36,472 nucleotides of DNA from Jimgerdemannia flammicorona (GCA_003990765.1 RBNJ01000216.1:1-36472); one strand, 5' to 3'. Counted from the first letter of the stretch, positions 1 through 13,617 are shown. Numbers and translations are program-made. The notes: generated by a model from the letters alone, not told the origin.

Positions 1-68
1 ACATTAAGTAAGTGGTTTTTCGTGTTCAACTCGACGTGTTAGATATACATGTTCCTTATCTCAACAGT

Positions 69-230
69 TTTCTGCGCCTCCGCAAGGTCATCACGCCACA
101 CATCCTCTGCGAGTGCCTTAGGCTCCATCAAGCTTGTAACATGCTCCTTCGCCGTGTCTACAATGCCGCTACCGCCAAGTCTCCCTTAACCTTCAAGTTC
201 TCGACTGACTCTCCCTCGCACCATCAATGA
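69..230 (+). CDS. Possible terminal exon of a host gene entering from the left edge (product unknown)
   Basis: GTAAGT at 8 and ...CTCAACAG at 68 look like an intron; open frame FLRLRKVITPHILCECLRLHQAC...HHQ* follows; normal CpG content. No recognisable domain. Confidence 0.3.
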   Translation, partial: FLRLRKVITPHILCECLRLHQACNMLLRRVYNAATAKSPLTFKFSTDSPSHHQ

Positions 231-1666
231 CAACTCCAGTGCCACTCTTGCCGTATCTCTATTTGCCTAATTTCCTCAATCTTCCTGTACTCTAAGGTAG
301 TTTACTTTTCCTGTTGTGGAACTGCTCCAATTTGATCGATTAGGGGGGTTTTTTTAACCCTATATTTAACAGAATGGCCGATATGACGGAACACAACTAA
401 TGCTAATTTCGCGAATCAAAAAATCGTATCCCTTTGTCGAATCAATTTCCCAACAACATAGTAATAAATAAATAATTTTCATATATGTCAAAATTGCAGT
501 AATTGTGTTGTTCGTTTGTTTCGGAAGGTGTTTGACCAATGTGAAAGTACAATAGAATATGGCGGCCAGAGGGTAGCAATGCAAAAAGCATGACTACCTG
601 TAAGCAATCCGCCAGGGCATGGTCTGATTTACCTACACCTTTCATGCGGATGCTTGTAATTTATCAATACATTTTTAAATGTTGAAAATGTCAGTCCCGT
701 TAAAACTGTACTGCAACGTTTATGGCGAAAATGAGGCACTGATTTGAACTCCTTGTCAATAGCGGGGTGATAGAGTGGGGGGAATGTGAAATGAAAAGTG
801 GTGCGATTTTAATGAATCAGCAACGTCCCTATTTCTAATTTACAAAAAAACAATAGTTTGCGCGCAGTCAAAATACACCCTTTCGGGCGTAGGGTCTTAA
901 AATATCTGCCCCTGATAATTGACGGAGATAAAATCGGGCTTCGTTAACCACTAGTGTCATTCCCCTATTAATAGTCACTTCTAAATGTTTAGTCTGCTTC
1001 GTGGGACGAACCTCATCAATATCGTTATAACGTTGCAATCCATAAAGTTATCCTCCATGACAGACAGACTGAAGTATGGTGCACTCATCCATAATCCAAA
1101 ATATTTGAGGCTTAACTTTGAAATGATAATACTCCCACTTATACTAATAATTTTTCAAAAATACTAATTTTGACTAACAATAGTCCTGAGTTACTTCTAT
1201 AGTATTTTTTATTATAATAGTTGTTCACTTATTACTTTCAAATTCTTATAACTCAAATTGTATTTATCTTAATATTTTTCTCAATGAGATATAACTCAAA
1301 TTTGAGATATAATATTAAGTAAATAAAAACATAATTAGTAGAAATATAAGAAAAAAAGAAAAAATAACTTAAGAAATCTAAAAATATAAAACTATTCACC
1401 ACTATTTACTATATAAAATAGTGTAAAAATAATGATTTTATATATAATTTTAGAAAAAATTCAAAATATTTATAATAAGAGTAATAATATAACATTGAGA
1501 TAAATATAAATATTTAAAATATATTAATGAATTATTATTAAGAGGTTAAATAATAATTTGTAACCTAGCTAATAGATATTAATATATATTACATTATTAT
1601 AAATTTTATCATATTTTTGATATACAGCTACAATGATCAAGAAATAGAATAGAACTATTATATATA

Positions 1667-2153
1667 TTTTATAACATAGTAGACATATATCTGGGTAAGT
1701 ATATCAGATTTCTGTATCTTGAAAACTTGATCTTCTTTGTCTCTGCAGAGTCCTCAGAATATAGGTGTGGGTGATTTCACAGTGTATTTGCCTCCAGGCT
1801 TACTAGTTCTCTTACTTTCTCTTTGCTTTAAACTATTTCAATATGAGGTTTATTCACTCTAAATATTGGAGATATTTATATAAGTTTGCTAGCTTTAAGG
1901 TAGCTAAGTTATGACTATATTTCCTATTAGTCACTTTTTAACATCAGCTAAATCTTTGATAATTGTCAAAACTTTAACATCTGCAAAGTTTTCAACATTT
2001 GTAAATTCTTTAATATTTGCTAAAACCTTAATATTTGTGAAATATAGCTGCTATTTGTAAGGCTATACTATATTTGGAAATCAGATTCAGATATTATAAT
2101 TAAATATCTTTTCTCCTAATTTATATTTCTAAATCAGATCAAATATTATAACT
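1667..2153 (-). repeat. 3' LTR of Gypsy A
   Basis: Aligns by eye to 7887-8368 and 19435-19925 (e.g. AAAACTTGATCTTCTTT, TAAGTTTGCTAG, GCTAAGTTATGACTATATTTCCT); ends consistent with mutated TGTCACGAC...GTCGTGACA. Confidence 0.9.
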
Positions 2154-2191
2154 TTCTTCTAAATAGGTATTTTATCCCTAAAGCATTCTAT

Positions 2192-2653
2192 TCACTCAAA
2201 CTCCCAAGCTTCCATAATTTGTATCCCCTTGCACTGTGCAATTTTTGTCATTATATTCTCACAATAGTATCTTTTGATATATCTAAAGTCTTCTGGAGCT
2301 ACTTTTTAGAAATGAGTTAGAGCTTATTTATCTTCTTTAAATAACTTATACACTCTTTTAGCAATAGTAATCTGAGTGTAAGAGAGCTAGCACTCTCTAA
2401 TTCAGTCTTCTTTTTCCAGCTCTGAAGGTGAGTTTAGTAGCTATCCTAACTTGAAGTATTCTTGAAACCCAGTCCAGTTCTGGTAGGCCTTGAAGTATGA
2501 GATTTGTCACAAGTGTATCTGGACTATACTCTGGATACTGTTAAAGAATTCTTCTAGAATCAGTGGCTCAGTAGTGCACCATTGTCTTTCTATAGCTTAT
2601 TGTGTAATATTGGTAATCTTGAGGACTGTAGCAGTACTCTGTTAATTAGCTAT
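2192..2653 (-). pseudogene. Extra ORF downstream of integrase in Gypsy A, unknown function
   Basis: Single frame: ...EPLILEEFFNSIQ...FQEYFKLG*LLN...TQITIAKRVYKLFKEDK*ALTHF*KVAPEDFRYIK...WEFE*; internal stops are explicable by C>T; start ATA (probably ex-ATG) overlaps the pol end. Confidence 0.6.
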
Positions 2654-3860
2654 AATATTTCTTAAGTTTGTTTTACTAAATAGTAGTGAGGATGATTGTA
2701 CCTGAGACTTTTCATATCCAAAAGGTGGTTTCTTTTATATCTTGCACAAGGTATGGTCCTTTCCATATAAGCTCCACTTTTCATGACCATGAAGCTTTTA
2801 CTATATTCTGATATATTAGAACTTTGTCTCCTATCTTGATAATTTTCAAAGGCTTGTGCATTTTTTCTGCATTATTTCACTATAGTATCTGTGCCTTCAT
2901 TATGTAATTCTTGGTCTTCTTTTTGATTTGATATAGTTTTAATATTTCTGTATCCATATATTTCCATACAGTATCTCTTTTAGATGATAAGGTTTCTTGA
3001 GAACTTTCTTCTCTAAACAGAATCTCTTGAGGAGTGAAATGGGTACTTTGTAATCAGATATTCCAAAGAGTAGATAATATTATTGACAGATAGTAATCTC
3101 AGTTTTCATTGTTATTATAGATTTTGGCAATTATATTTTTGAGAGTCTTGTTTATCTATTCTGCTTATTCATTTCTCTGAGGGTAATAGGCTATAGTCCA
3201 AATGTACTGGATCTTATACTTCTTGTAGAAAATCTCAAAGAACTAGTTTATGAATTCTATTTCTCCATCTGTAGTTACTTGTGCTGAGGTCTTGAATCAG
3301 CAGATGATTTCTTTGTGGAAGAAATCAGCAGACTATACATTGCCTTCTTTGAAGGGTCCTGTCTCTATCCATTTTATAAAAAGGTCTATAATGATAATGA
3401 TATATTGGTTGCTATTTAAAGTCAATGGTAGAGGGCCAATTACATCTATTACAATATGCAAAGGATACTGGTTCTATGTATGCTGATTCTGAATCCTGAT
3501 TTTGTTAGTCTTGTTTCTGTTTTGGATATTTGTTACTGATCTGGACAAATTGTCTGATGTCTTCCTCTATTCCTGGTCACTACATTGGTTTTCTTACTTT
3601 TTTGTAAGTGTTTTTTCCTCCTAAATAGCTGAGTTCATATACTGATTTCATTACTTACTCCTTCTTGTGTTTGGGTATGATAAGTAGCTTTCTATTTTTC
3701 AGGATTTCTCTATTGGTCTCAAATTGTTTACATATTCTATTGATAATCATTTGTTTCCATTCTTCCAGATGTTGGGACATCTTTTACTGTCCCAGATAGG
3801 TAATAATTCCATAGTAGAGATCCTTATTCATGGTTGATTTACTGATTGGGGGTCCTTCAA
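2640..3860 (-). pseudogene. Integrase (HHCC region, rve core, GPY/F) of Gypsy A
   Basis: HIVIDVIGPLP...YIIIIIDLFIKWIE...VTTDGEIEFIN...AYYPQRNE*AE*INKTLK, and WKGPYLV near 2760. Confidence 0.9.
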
Positions 3861-3864
3861 GATT

Positions 3865-5110
3865 TCTATGAAAGAACATCTGTATTGAAATTGGTTCTTC
3901 CAGAGTAATACACAATGATTATGTCATAAGCTTATAACTTTATAATATATCTGACATAGTTTCCTTTAGATTATCTGGTGGTCAGCAGTTAGGTAAGAGC
4001 AGAGTGGTCTGTCTGAATAGTGAAGTATCTCTGTATAAGATAGTAGTGAAACTTCTCTATAGTCTTGATAAATGTGAGACATTCAAACTTATAGATTTTA
4101 TATTCTTTTTCATCTCCTTAAGTTCCTCAGCTGAGATATTTGATAACATATTCTACTTTGTATTTCTTTTATATCATAACTGCTCCTAGTTCTTATATAC
4201 TTACATCTGTCTGCAGGATGAATTTTTAGGTCCAATTGAGTCTTCTGAGGATAGGTGTTTGGGTCAGCCTAATCTTGAGTTCATCAAATACTTTTTGTTA
4301 CCTGCCAGTCTATTGGAACTTGATATCCTACTTGTTGAGTTTGAAATTTGGACCTGTAATATTAGAGAATTCTCTATTAAATCTGTAGTAGTATGAGGTA
4401 AGTCTTATAAAGGCTTGTACTTCAGTGATAGTAGTGGGCCTTAGATATATTACTACTGCTTGAATCTTGAGGAGATCTGTATATATTCCATATCAGTTGA
4501 TAATGTAATTCAGATAAAAGAGCAAACTTACACTTCTTGGGCTTGATGTAAAGACCATACTTTCTTAGCTTCTCTATTATTTACTAAATATACTGTGGAT
4601 ATTCTTGAGCTATCTGGCTGTAGATAATAATATCATTTATATAAACTATCATCTATCTTCCCATATCATAGTGGAAGATTTTGTTCATCATTCTCTGGAA
4701 GCTTGATAGTGCATTGTACATTCTAAATGGCATTTGCAAATAGATATAGGTTCTGTCTGGGGTGATGAAGGCTAATATTTCAGTTACTGCTTCAGTGAGA
4801 CCAACCTGGTAGAATTCTGAGTATAAATCTAAGGTACTATAATACTATGCTTCATCTCCTAGTGTTATAAGGAAGTTACTGATGAGGGGCAGTAGATAGT
4901 GATCCTTCTTTATAGTCAGGTTGAGTTTCTTGTAATTAGTATAGAGTTTTGGGGCAAATTCTCCTGGTTTGCTTCTTTTTTCAGAACTAATATAACTGCT
5001 AAAGTCCAAGGGCTGCTGGCTTCTTTAATGATACCAGCTTCTTCCATCTGCTTGATTTCCTCTTTTAGCCATTTGTAATAACCTGGTAGAATTGGTCTTG
5101 CATTTTGATA
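3865..5110 (-). pseudogene. Reverse transcriptase and RNase H of Gypsy A
   Basis: RT: NYKKLN...DHYLLP...STLDLYSEFYQV...AFITP...FQRMMNKIF...VYINDIIIYS (YxDD decayed). RNase H: FILQTDVS..LGAV...FTIQTDHSAL...GRTNFNTDVLS. Confidence 0.92.
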
Positions 5111-5329
5111 AATGGGTTCAGTGTCTCTTATATTATATCATAATAGTAGTGTGGAGTCTTTTCCTTGATATTCTTGAAATCTATGGCTAGGATATCCTCA
5201 AATTCATATAGTATCTTCTTGAGTTTCTTCCTGAGTGAGAATTCATCTCCAATAGTATAGCTGTATTGTTTGTGGTTTCCTCCTTCTTGTAATCTAGTTT
5301 GGTAATCTTGATACTAGTGAATACTTCAA

Positions 5330-5735
5330 TTCTAGTAGATCCAAATCCCTTCCTTTCTCTTTCTATTTCCTCCAACTTTTTGACTTCTATGATATTTCAC
5401 TAAAAAACTGGAAAGATCAATATCTGTACTAATTAGTTCTTTTCTTAATTAGAAATGGAATTATAGAGTTGTGATTTCTGGCAATAAGTAGTATTTCTCT
5501 AATATAGTCTGAATTGATGACTCCTCCTCTGATGGTAATCTCACTCTTGGCCAGGCTGCTTCTTGTCTTGAGGATTCCAGCATAGTCCTTTAGAATAGTT
5601 ATTTCCAGACCAGTTATGAGCAGAGTGGTTGTCTGGAGCTCTAGTACAGTTTCCTCTACTCTGGCAATATTTATTCCAGCTGTATTTTCTGACTTATATT
5701 CTGGTAAAACTGCATTAGGATGGATTTACTAAATC
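5330..5735 (-). pseudogene. dut: Trimeric dUTPase domain of Gypsy A
   Basis: PNAVLP...TGLEI...ILKTRSSLAK.EITIRGGVINSDY..EI (motifs 2-3)...LVQILI (motif 4)...ERERKGFGST (motif 5). Confidence 0.9.
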
Positions 5736-6099
5736 TTGAACTTGATTTCTTCTTCATCATCACTCTCCTCTAGGAGAGCTGTTGGTTTGTCATCCTCTTC
5801 CTCCTTCTTTTCTTATCTTGCTTGTTTCTTGAGAGGTTTCTCTCTTCTTTTGTGGTAGATTTTCTTAATTCCACTGATATATTAATAGAAATCATCAATA
5901 TGTTTCATACAGTACATCTTGATTCTATGAGAGCAGAGTCCTCATAATGTATATTTTTTAATAATTCTTTTGCACTATTCTTCTTTACTAATTCATCTGA
6001 CTTTCTTCTTCTTTTTCTGAGTAGTCACTATGTATTCTTCTTCTTACTCACTTTTTTCTTCCTCTATTGCAGGCAGTACTCCTTTATTGACATTGATGG

Positions 6100-6430
6100 A
6101 AATTTGCATCTTCTGGATATTGAGGTCAATTATTGCTCTGGCTTTATAAAGCCACTGGTTATTGATGAGAATCTCATAGTTGGTAGTATTGGTTATGATC
6201 ACATCTACTGGGATAGTTGCTCTTCCAAACTTGATGTGAATATCTCAGATCTTTCTCAGATGTGTGGCTCTTATGTTATCTGCTGTGATAAATACCAATT
6301 TAATTGCTTCTTCAACCTCCCAACCTAGGTGGTCTGCTTCTTTCCTACTGAGAAGACATCCCCCTGCTCCAGTATCAATAATGGCCTCAAAGATTCTATC
6401 TCTGATTTGACAGGTTGCATGGGCAGATGT
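6100..6430 (-). pseudogene. Aspartic protease of Gypsy A
   Basis: ORF 6245-6535 contains FEAIIDTGAGGCLLS...ADHLGW. Confidence 0.88.
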
Positions 6431-6899
6431 CTGATGATTATCTTCACTCTTTTCTCCAGAGTCTTTTTGAACATTGTTGGCCTCAGTTATCTTCCAATCT
6501 TGCTCCTTCATTGTCTTGGCAAGTCTATATTGCATTTACTGTCTGAATGTGGGTATTTCTGCCAGCTGACCAAAGGATGCATTGATCTTCTGTTGGCTAA
6601 GGTCCTTGAAGATATCATACTTAAAAGTCTTAGTCTTGTAAAGCTTCTTCTTCTTTTCTCCTTTACTAGCTAGAGTAGTTTCTTAAATAGTATCTTGAAT
6701 AGCCTGTCCCAGTTTCATATCTTGATCCATTTCTTTACCTTGGCTTTCTGTAGCAGTTTCCATCTGTTTTTTCACAGGGTTCTTCTTGAGTCTTCTTAGT
6801 GATCTCTTGTAGGGTTGCTTATAGATATCCTTCTTGACAGTCTCTATAGAGTAGGCTTCCCATTATTCTTCATCTGATTCCCCAATCTCCTCAAAGGTG

Positions 6900-7700
6900 A
6901 TGGTATTGACCTGTTCCTTATTTCGACTAGTATTACTTAACTAGGTCTTGCATTTAGTTTCACTCATATATTCATATGAGTAGTGGTCTTCTTCAGATAT
7001 AGCAGATATCTCTCTTCTTGTCTGAGGTGGTGGCAAACTTTTGATCCAGGCAGCAGTCTCTTTCTCTAATTTCTTTTACTATATCTCCTAGGTGAGCAGT
7101 CATTTTGGCAAACTTCTTAACAAGTTCCTCCATTGGATTTCTGTTTCACTGCTACTCAGTAGCTCTTGGCTGAGATGTGTTTCAATTGATCACTATAGTA
7201 GAGATCATGCTTATTGCCTTGAGTGCTTCAATTCTGACTCCAGTAACTCTTTTCATTATGTGGTCTTGTAGATGTCTGGCTATCTAGTATTGCTGAGCAT
7301 AGGTGATCTTCTGTACTGGATTCAGTACTACTGGTGATGAGCAGATAGTTATAGCTATCTTAGAGTGAACTACTTTCATAAAGGTTGCTTCAGCTACTTG
7401 ATCTTGGATAGCATTAGTATAATTGATAAGAATTATCTAATATTAGATTCTGATATAAAATGTATTTGGATCCTTGCTTATTTCTTGACATATTATATTG
7501 AGCTGATCCTTCAGGGCTTGCTTGATCTCATCTATATAGTAGGTGGTTCAGAGCCAGGCATTCTGTGCTGCTAATATGGCATTATCATCATTTCCCACAT
7601 AGGTTGTAGCTGTGAATGCTGCTATTGCTGGTCCTCAGAGACTGAAGAACATAAGAGCTACTTACTATAATACTATCAGGGTCCTTACAGCAGCATACTA
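6900..7700 (-). pseudogene. gag of Gypsy A with CCHC zinc-knuckle remnant
   Basis: MEELVKKFAKMTAHL helix followed by RDICY..HY knuckle at ~6960-7010; the second copy reads CYTC*EVGHY. Confidence 0.7.
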
Positions 7701-7886
7701 TTCAAAATAATCAATGAAAGTAATGATTGATACATCTGAGGTATATCCATAAAATACTGATAGTCTCCTATTTACCTTATCCAGATGGCTTAGTTTGTTT
7801 TGTGTAATTGTTTATATGGTAGTGGTTCATTGTTATTTAGCTTGAAAGTGAGAGATTTATCTTAAATCACTATCCAATGAATACAA

Positions 7887-8368
7887 AGTTATAATATATT
7901 GGACTCATAATTGGATATATATATCAGATTTCTGTATCTTAAAAACTTGATCTTCTTTGACTTTATAGGGTCCTCAGGATACAGGAGTGGGTGAGTTTGG
8001 AGTATATCTATCTATAGGCTTACTAGTTCCCTTACTTTCTCTTTGCTTTAAACTATTTTAATCTGAGAATTATTCACTCTAGATACTGGGAATATTTATA
8101 TAAGTTTGCTAGCTATAAGGTAGCTAAGTTATGACTATATTTCCTGTTAGTCACTTTTGATATCTATTAAATCTTTGATGATAGCCAAAACTTTAACATC
8201 TGCAAAGTTTTCAACATTTGTAAATACTTTAACATTTACTAAACTTTAATGTTTATAAAATATGACTGCTATTTGTAAGGCTATACAATATTTGAGATCA
8301 GATTTAGATACTGTGATTAAATATATATTCTCCTAATTTATATTCATAATTTAGATCAACTACAATTA
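7887..8368 (-). repeat. 5' LTR of Gypsy A
   Basis: Direct repeat of 1667-2153; differences are mostly transitions. Confidence 0.9.
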
Positions 8369-8369
8369 A

Positions 8370-9000
8370 GATAACTAATTCTTAATGATAATTAATATAT
8401 ATATATTAGAACTATATAGATTAAGTTCAAATATTTATATTTTAATAAGAAAAAAGATAGAGAAAAGAAATGGTATGAAATCAGCTCTTATATTAAAGTA
8501 TATAAGTAGTAAAAGAGAAGTTGGTGAAAAATAAATGTATATATAATATGAATATATAATACATACATATATAAAGTATATATATAAAGCATATGAGTAA
8601 AAATAGAATATAATTGAATATTAGTTATATATTATGGGTTATTTTCTATCTAATATAAATTAAGACTATATCAGTATCTAAGATATCTATATACATATAT
8701 TGACTTATAATTTCTAACAAACTCCTTTATTTAATATATAGCTATAATAATTAAAAAAAAAAGAATAGAACTACTATATATCTATCCAATACAGACAACT
8801 AATGTTTGTTGATAAATACTATATATATACTCTAGAACTATAACAATTAAGATTCAAATATCAAGATTTGGGAAAAAAAAGAGATTTAGAAATGAAATAT
8901 AGTAAAACTGATCTAAATGAGAAATTATAGAGAGAGTATATTATGAAGATATTAGAATATAGCCCAAGTAAAAAAAAAGATAAAAGGAAAAAGTATACAA
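8370..9000. repeat. Extremely AT-rich relic repeat into which Gypsy A inserted
   Basis: 8730-8900 resembles 1615-1666 joined to 8370-8470 (AGAATAGAACTA.TATATAT; AACTAAT...TGATAA; TAGAACTATA...ATTAAG.TTCAAATAT). Confidence 0.5.
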
Positions 9001-9829
9001 ACAGGGAGAGAAAATTTTGCTAGTAATATATATTATATAGGAAATAAATAGCTAATATTATAAGCCATATAGTAGTCCAGGATTGTAAACTATATAGCAA
9101 TTGAGCTACTAATATGAGCTATGTAAAGACTTAAGACTAGTGATATATACTACATAGAGATAATTTAAATACTAAAAGGGAGTTAAAAAGAAGATTAGTT
9201 AAGTCTAACATTTATAAAGTAAGAAAATAGATAAATAGTTAGTAACCTGAGCAGTATGAGAGTAAGTAAGAGTGATATAGAGATATATAAGAAATATCTA
9301 AAATAGAATTATAGATATATCTCTTATATATAGTGCTTGATTATTAACTAAAGAGCTGGATTTCATGTTTGAATAAGTCAGTGGCAGTAGTATTAGAGAT
9401 TATATCAATACAGAAGCTATATTTAGTATAGAGTTATAAGTTTGACCTGATATTAGATGAAAGTGACTATAGATAGTTAATAAGATAGTAATAGGAGAAC
9501 TGATAGTTAACTATAAGTATAGAAAAGAATATTCTAGTTACATAGTATAAGAAATATATAAAAGAGAAGATATAAGAGAGAGACTGTACAGAGAGTACTG
9601 AGATGCTACCTTTCTCTAGTAACTTGCAGGTTGTACAACCTTTTAACAATACTTACAATCCAGTTTTTGAAGAAATGTTACTAGCAACATAGCAAGTAAC
9701 AAGTATTCTGAGATACATACTGGGCAGAGAGGCCTAAGTGCATTCAATTGGCAGTATGTGGGGAGGGGCCCAGACTTGAGGAGAAGTATGAGAGGCTTGC
9801 TGGCAGGTAGACAAGAAAAGAGAGAGAGT

Positions 9830-12800
9830 AAGAAACACTAACCAGCCATCAACCCCAGCTGCCTGAGCCTCTTCAATCACTCCATAGATCCAGACAGTGC
9901 TATCCCAGATTAACTGACCACTATCAAATCTCCTTTGCTCTACTCCTAGAATCTGCTGAGTGATCCCCTGCAGCCTAATCATCAAGATCTTTGTCACTAG
10001 CTTGCAGTCTATGTCAAGAAGTATGATCAGTTACCAGTTCTTCCAATCTTCTCTTCTTCCCTTATCCTTGTAAAGTAAGGAGACCAGCTGTAAGTACTGG
10101 CCCCCAATCCAATCTCCAGATCTAAGTATCTCATCATACATCACTATCATTTCTTCCAGTACCACCTCCACCCTAGTCATCTTCTTCCAAAAATCCCAGG
10201 GTAGCCCATTCTCTCTTTGGGCTATTCCCTTACATGTCAAAGCCAAGACCTTGCACACTTCCTCCCCCTGCACTGGGTCTCTCAGTATCCCCAGGCCCAT
10301 TGTGGGTTCTGGATACCAATCCTCCAATTACCATTCAATATTCAGAGCATCCTCACCCCCCCCATCATCACATCATAAGTTCTTCCAGTGAGTCCTCAGC
10401 AATCTCAAAATCATTAGAGTCCCCATCACCATCTCCTCATTCTTATCCAAAATACCATTCCACTGCTTCTAGTTCTCTGAGCATAGAGCAACAATAAAAG
10501 AAATCTAGTAGACTTCCCCCCCTCTTCCAATCCCTGCCACTGCAACCTTACTACCATCTCCTTCAGCTTAGACTCCTCCTGCATTTATAGCACTTCCATT
10601 AGTTCATCAACTTTCTTTTATACCTGCAGAATATGCCAATCAGCCCACCCCCAATTCTCCAGTGACCCTGCCCACCTCCCCAGAAGCACTACTAATCTCT
10701 GTGAAGCCCATTGCACTTGCTGTCACTGCTGAGCACTCCTTCTCTTCCCTGCCTCTCTCCAATATCTCTAAGCACTTGATTTCAGCCACTGCCAGTAATC
10801 CCCAATCACCAATCCCTGCCCCTGCTATTTATCAATTTTTTCAATAACCTCTCCCTCTCAGTTTATCCATAAAGAACCATCCTCCAGCAAAGAAGAATTC
10901 AGTCACCAATGTCCAGGCCCATTCCCACTTCCCCCAAATCTCCCACTCCCTATCAGACCTCAGTGATCTGACCACGGGCACCAAATCACCTTCAGTGTTT
11001 CTCAGATCTTCACTTTCCAGTACTCTGCCATCAACACCCAGTTATTCCTGGAGCCCAGCCCCACTACCCAGTGAGTATAAATTCGGTGATCTATCCAAAA
11101 CTGTCACACCCTAAGTCAACTAAGGAGCTTAACCTCTCAATCTCCATCTAATCATCCAACTGTCCACTTCTACCTCTCATTCCTCTCCCACCATCAGTCC
11201 TGTCTACCCCACTATCATGTACCATGTTGAAATCACCCCCCAGGCAACCAATCCCTACCTCACCCAAAACCCCAGCCTCTCTCAAGTCTCTAATCCAATC
11301 TATGTATTCTCCCCTCTCAGCTGAGCAATAACTCAACCCAACAGTCAAAGGGTTCTATCCAGGCTTCTTCCACACTTTCCACACCAATCTACTCCCCCAA
11401 TGTCCTATATCTCCAATATCCCCCATCCCCTTTCGAACCAGAATACCCACCTTAGTCTAGTTCTATAAGTCTATATCTACCTCATACCACACATCCTGTA
11501 GTAAGAAGAGATCTGCATCCAGTTCCTTCAACCAGCCAAAGATATTCCTTTGCTGTACTGCTCCCCTCAACCCATTCATGTTCAAAGAAAAGATTCTAGT
11601 TATACTATTCATATTGAATAATGTTTGATAATGTGAGCTTAGTCTAGAATTCTATACTATTTCTATCACAATCCAGATCCAAGTACTGCTCTGCCTCCAA
11701 GTTATCTTCCATCAGCCTGAGCATCCAGTGCTTCCAAGATTTCCTGACACTCCACCCCATCCACCACCTCTATTTCTGCCCAATAATCCCCACATACCAC
11801 TTGCCACTTCTCCAACCCCTTCCTCAAACTCTATAAGTACACTGCTCAGTCATTTGTAATCACTTGAAGGGCCTCCTTTCTCTGATCATCAACTTGATAT
11901 TTGACCAACTCCAGGGGTACTGCTAGGATCTCATTCCTAATCTTTCTTGGCACCTCCTCACCATGGAGAATGTCCTCTCAATGCCTATTGCTCAAAACCC
12001 AGAAGTCCTCTCCCTCTAGCTCCTCAGCCACCACTCCCTCCAGGGTCTTCCATAGCCACTTCTCTTTGTCCACTGCCTCTGCAACACCCTGGGAAACCCC
12101 TTCGACCCCCACTATGGGGCCCACCAAAGTGCTCCTCCCCACCAACTCATCCAGTATGTCCTGCAGTTCCTTCTCACTATCTGCCCCACATGAGACATCA
12201 TACCAAGGTATCCATTTCAGCATCCTCTACCATACTGCCCCATCCCTCCACACTCAATCTACCTTGGGCCACACTCTGAGCCATCCTATGCTCTCCAGCC
12301 TAGGCACTCTCCCTCAATCCCACTCTACCTTCTTCTGTACCACTGCCTGCCACCCCCTCTCCCAACTTCTCCAACAGCTCCTTCTGAATATGCCTCCTCT
12401 GTACCTTTTCCCAGACCACCCAGTCCATCTTGATCCTCTTTTCATCCACAATCTCCACTACCATCTTGGCTTCATACTCCCTTCAAGTCAATCTTCTCCT
12501 CTCTACTGCTCCTGCCAGGTCCTTCAGAGCCTTCAGCAAGTCCTCCTCTTCCTCTGGCATCCCTTTTACCTGTGAGATCTTACATTCAACCAGTCCCCAC
12601 TTAAGAGTTGCCAGCCAGTCCCTCATCTTCCCCATATTCTCCCTTCTAGCCAGCCTCACCCTAACATTGACATCTTCTGTCCAGAGTATAGTACCCTCCC
12701 AGACCCTGAACCCAATGTCCATGATCTCCCCATACTCCTTGACTGCCTCCACAATCAGCTCCCTGGTCCTCTCTCTTGACACCATAGGGAGGTCCAACAC

Positions 12801-13617
12801 TGTTAGCTGTATCACTCAGGGGTCCCAGCATATGCATCTGGTCATAGAAACCACCACTCCATCCACCACTACCCCTCTCTCTGTGGCCTCTAACATTGAG
12901 GCCTCTTTTTCAAATCTAACCTTAACTCCTTCTTTTCTCTTCAAGAAATTCACCAAAGCTGCTCCCTTTACCTCCTGTACTACTGGTCCCAAAATCATCC
13001 TCACAGTTACTACTAAGCCTTAGAAGTACAAAGTGACAGTAAATTCTGACCTTGACTTTTTGAGTAACAGTGCTGACACCATGTCAGTCACATCATCTGC
13101 CAGGTCCCCAGGTCTTGTGCCCACTCTCTGTCCTGATCTACCAACAACCATTATATCTGGATTTTTTTCCAGAACCCCAGATACTACTCTATCAGCAGTC
13201 ACATCTTCAGCCCCTACTCCCCCCCACCCCCTACTGCTCAACCCTCCCATGGCGGCCCCTTCCTGTCCTTCAGCTGAAGCTGTTGATGCCTTCCCTAGTC
13301 CTAACCAACTATCCAGACCAGATGCCATCCTCTCCATCTTGACCTTATCAGCAAAGATCATCCTCCCCCCTTCTTGTTGTCTCACTCCACCCCTCCCTCT
13401 ACTGCCAGCCCTGCAGCCAACCTTAGGAGACTCTGGCATCTCCAAACCATCTTCTTGCCTCCTCCCAACATGCTGCCAGTTGAAGGTGCTGCTGCCCTCC
13501 TGGCCAACACACTCACCTGTATGCTAATTGCTATCTATATTGATAGTCTCCTTTTACTAAAAACATTGCAGAAAGTGTTGTCTGAGTTTTGTATCATCTA
13601 AATATTACTAGTGAAAA
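9830..13617 (-). mobile_element. L1/Tx1-like LINE, copy A (5' end intact, cut off inside RT)
   Basis: ORF1 homologous to 34335-36251; ORF2 ATG at 11612, APE endonuclease (SLNMNGLR, LGGDFN), RT start (LVSLLYKDKG..EDWKNW, EQ..F..G.LI...WLVFL), then abrupt end. Confidence 0.92.

Larger units (their letters stand above)
1667..8368 (-). mobile_element. Full-length decayed Ty3/Gypsy LTR retrotransposon (family A) encoding dUTPase
   Basis: Two ~480-bp direct LTRs; minus strand gives gag knuckle, protease IIDTGAGG, dUTPase, RT, RNase H, integrase in Gypsy order, with many stops from C>T. Confidence 0.95.

Noticed and set aside
949..956. CACTAGTG as a CACTA terminus
   Set aside because: No partner terminus or transposase remnant found.
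366..1167. Short ORFs in the left CpG-normal region
   Set aside because: No domain similarity or convincing splice structure; probably intergenic.
2170..2640. Chromodomain or env after integrase
   Set aside because: No chromodomain aromatic motif, signal peptide or transmembrane helix seen.
3540..3860. Apparent deletion of the integrase zinc-finger domain
   Set aside because: Re-translation shows RNase H ends near 3865 and a decayed HHCC region is present.
9000..9830. Continuation of LINE A RT or a host gene
   Set aside because: No homology to copy B beyond WLVFL; too eroded to assign.
11901..13601. Long Ser/Pro-rich plus-strand ORFs
   Set aside because: Antisense shadows of the G-rich LINE ORF1; the same applies to 34167-35179 on the minus strand.
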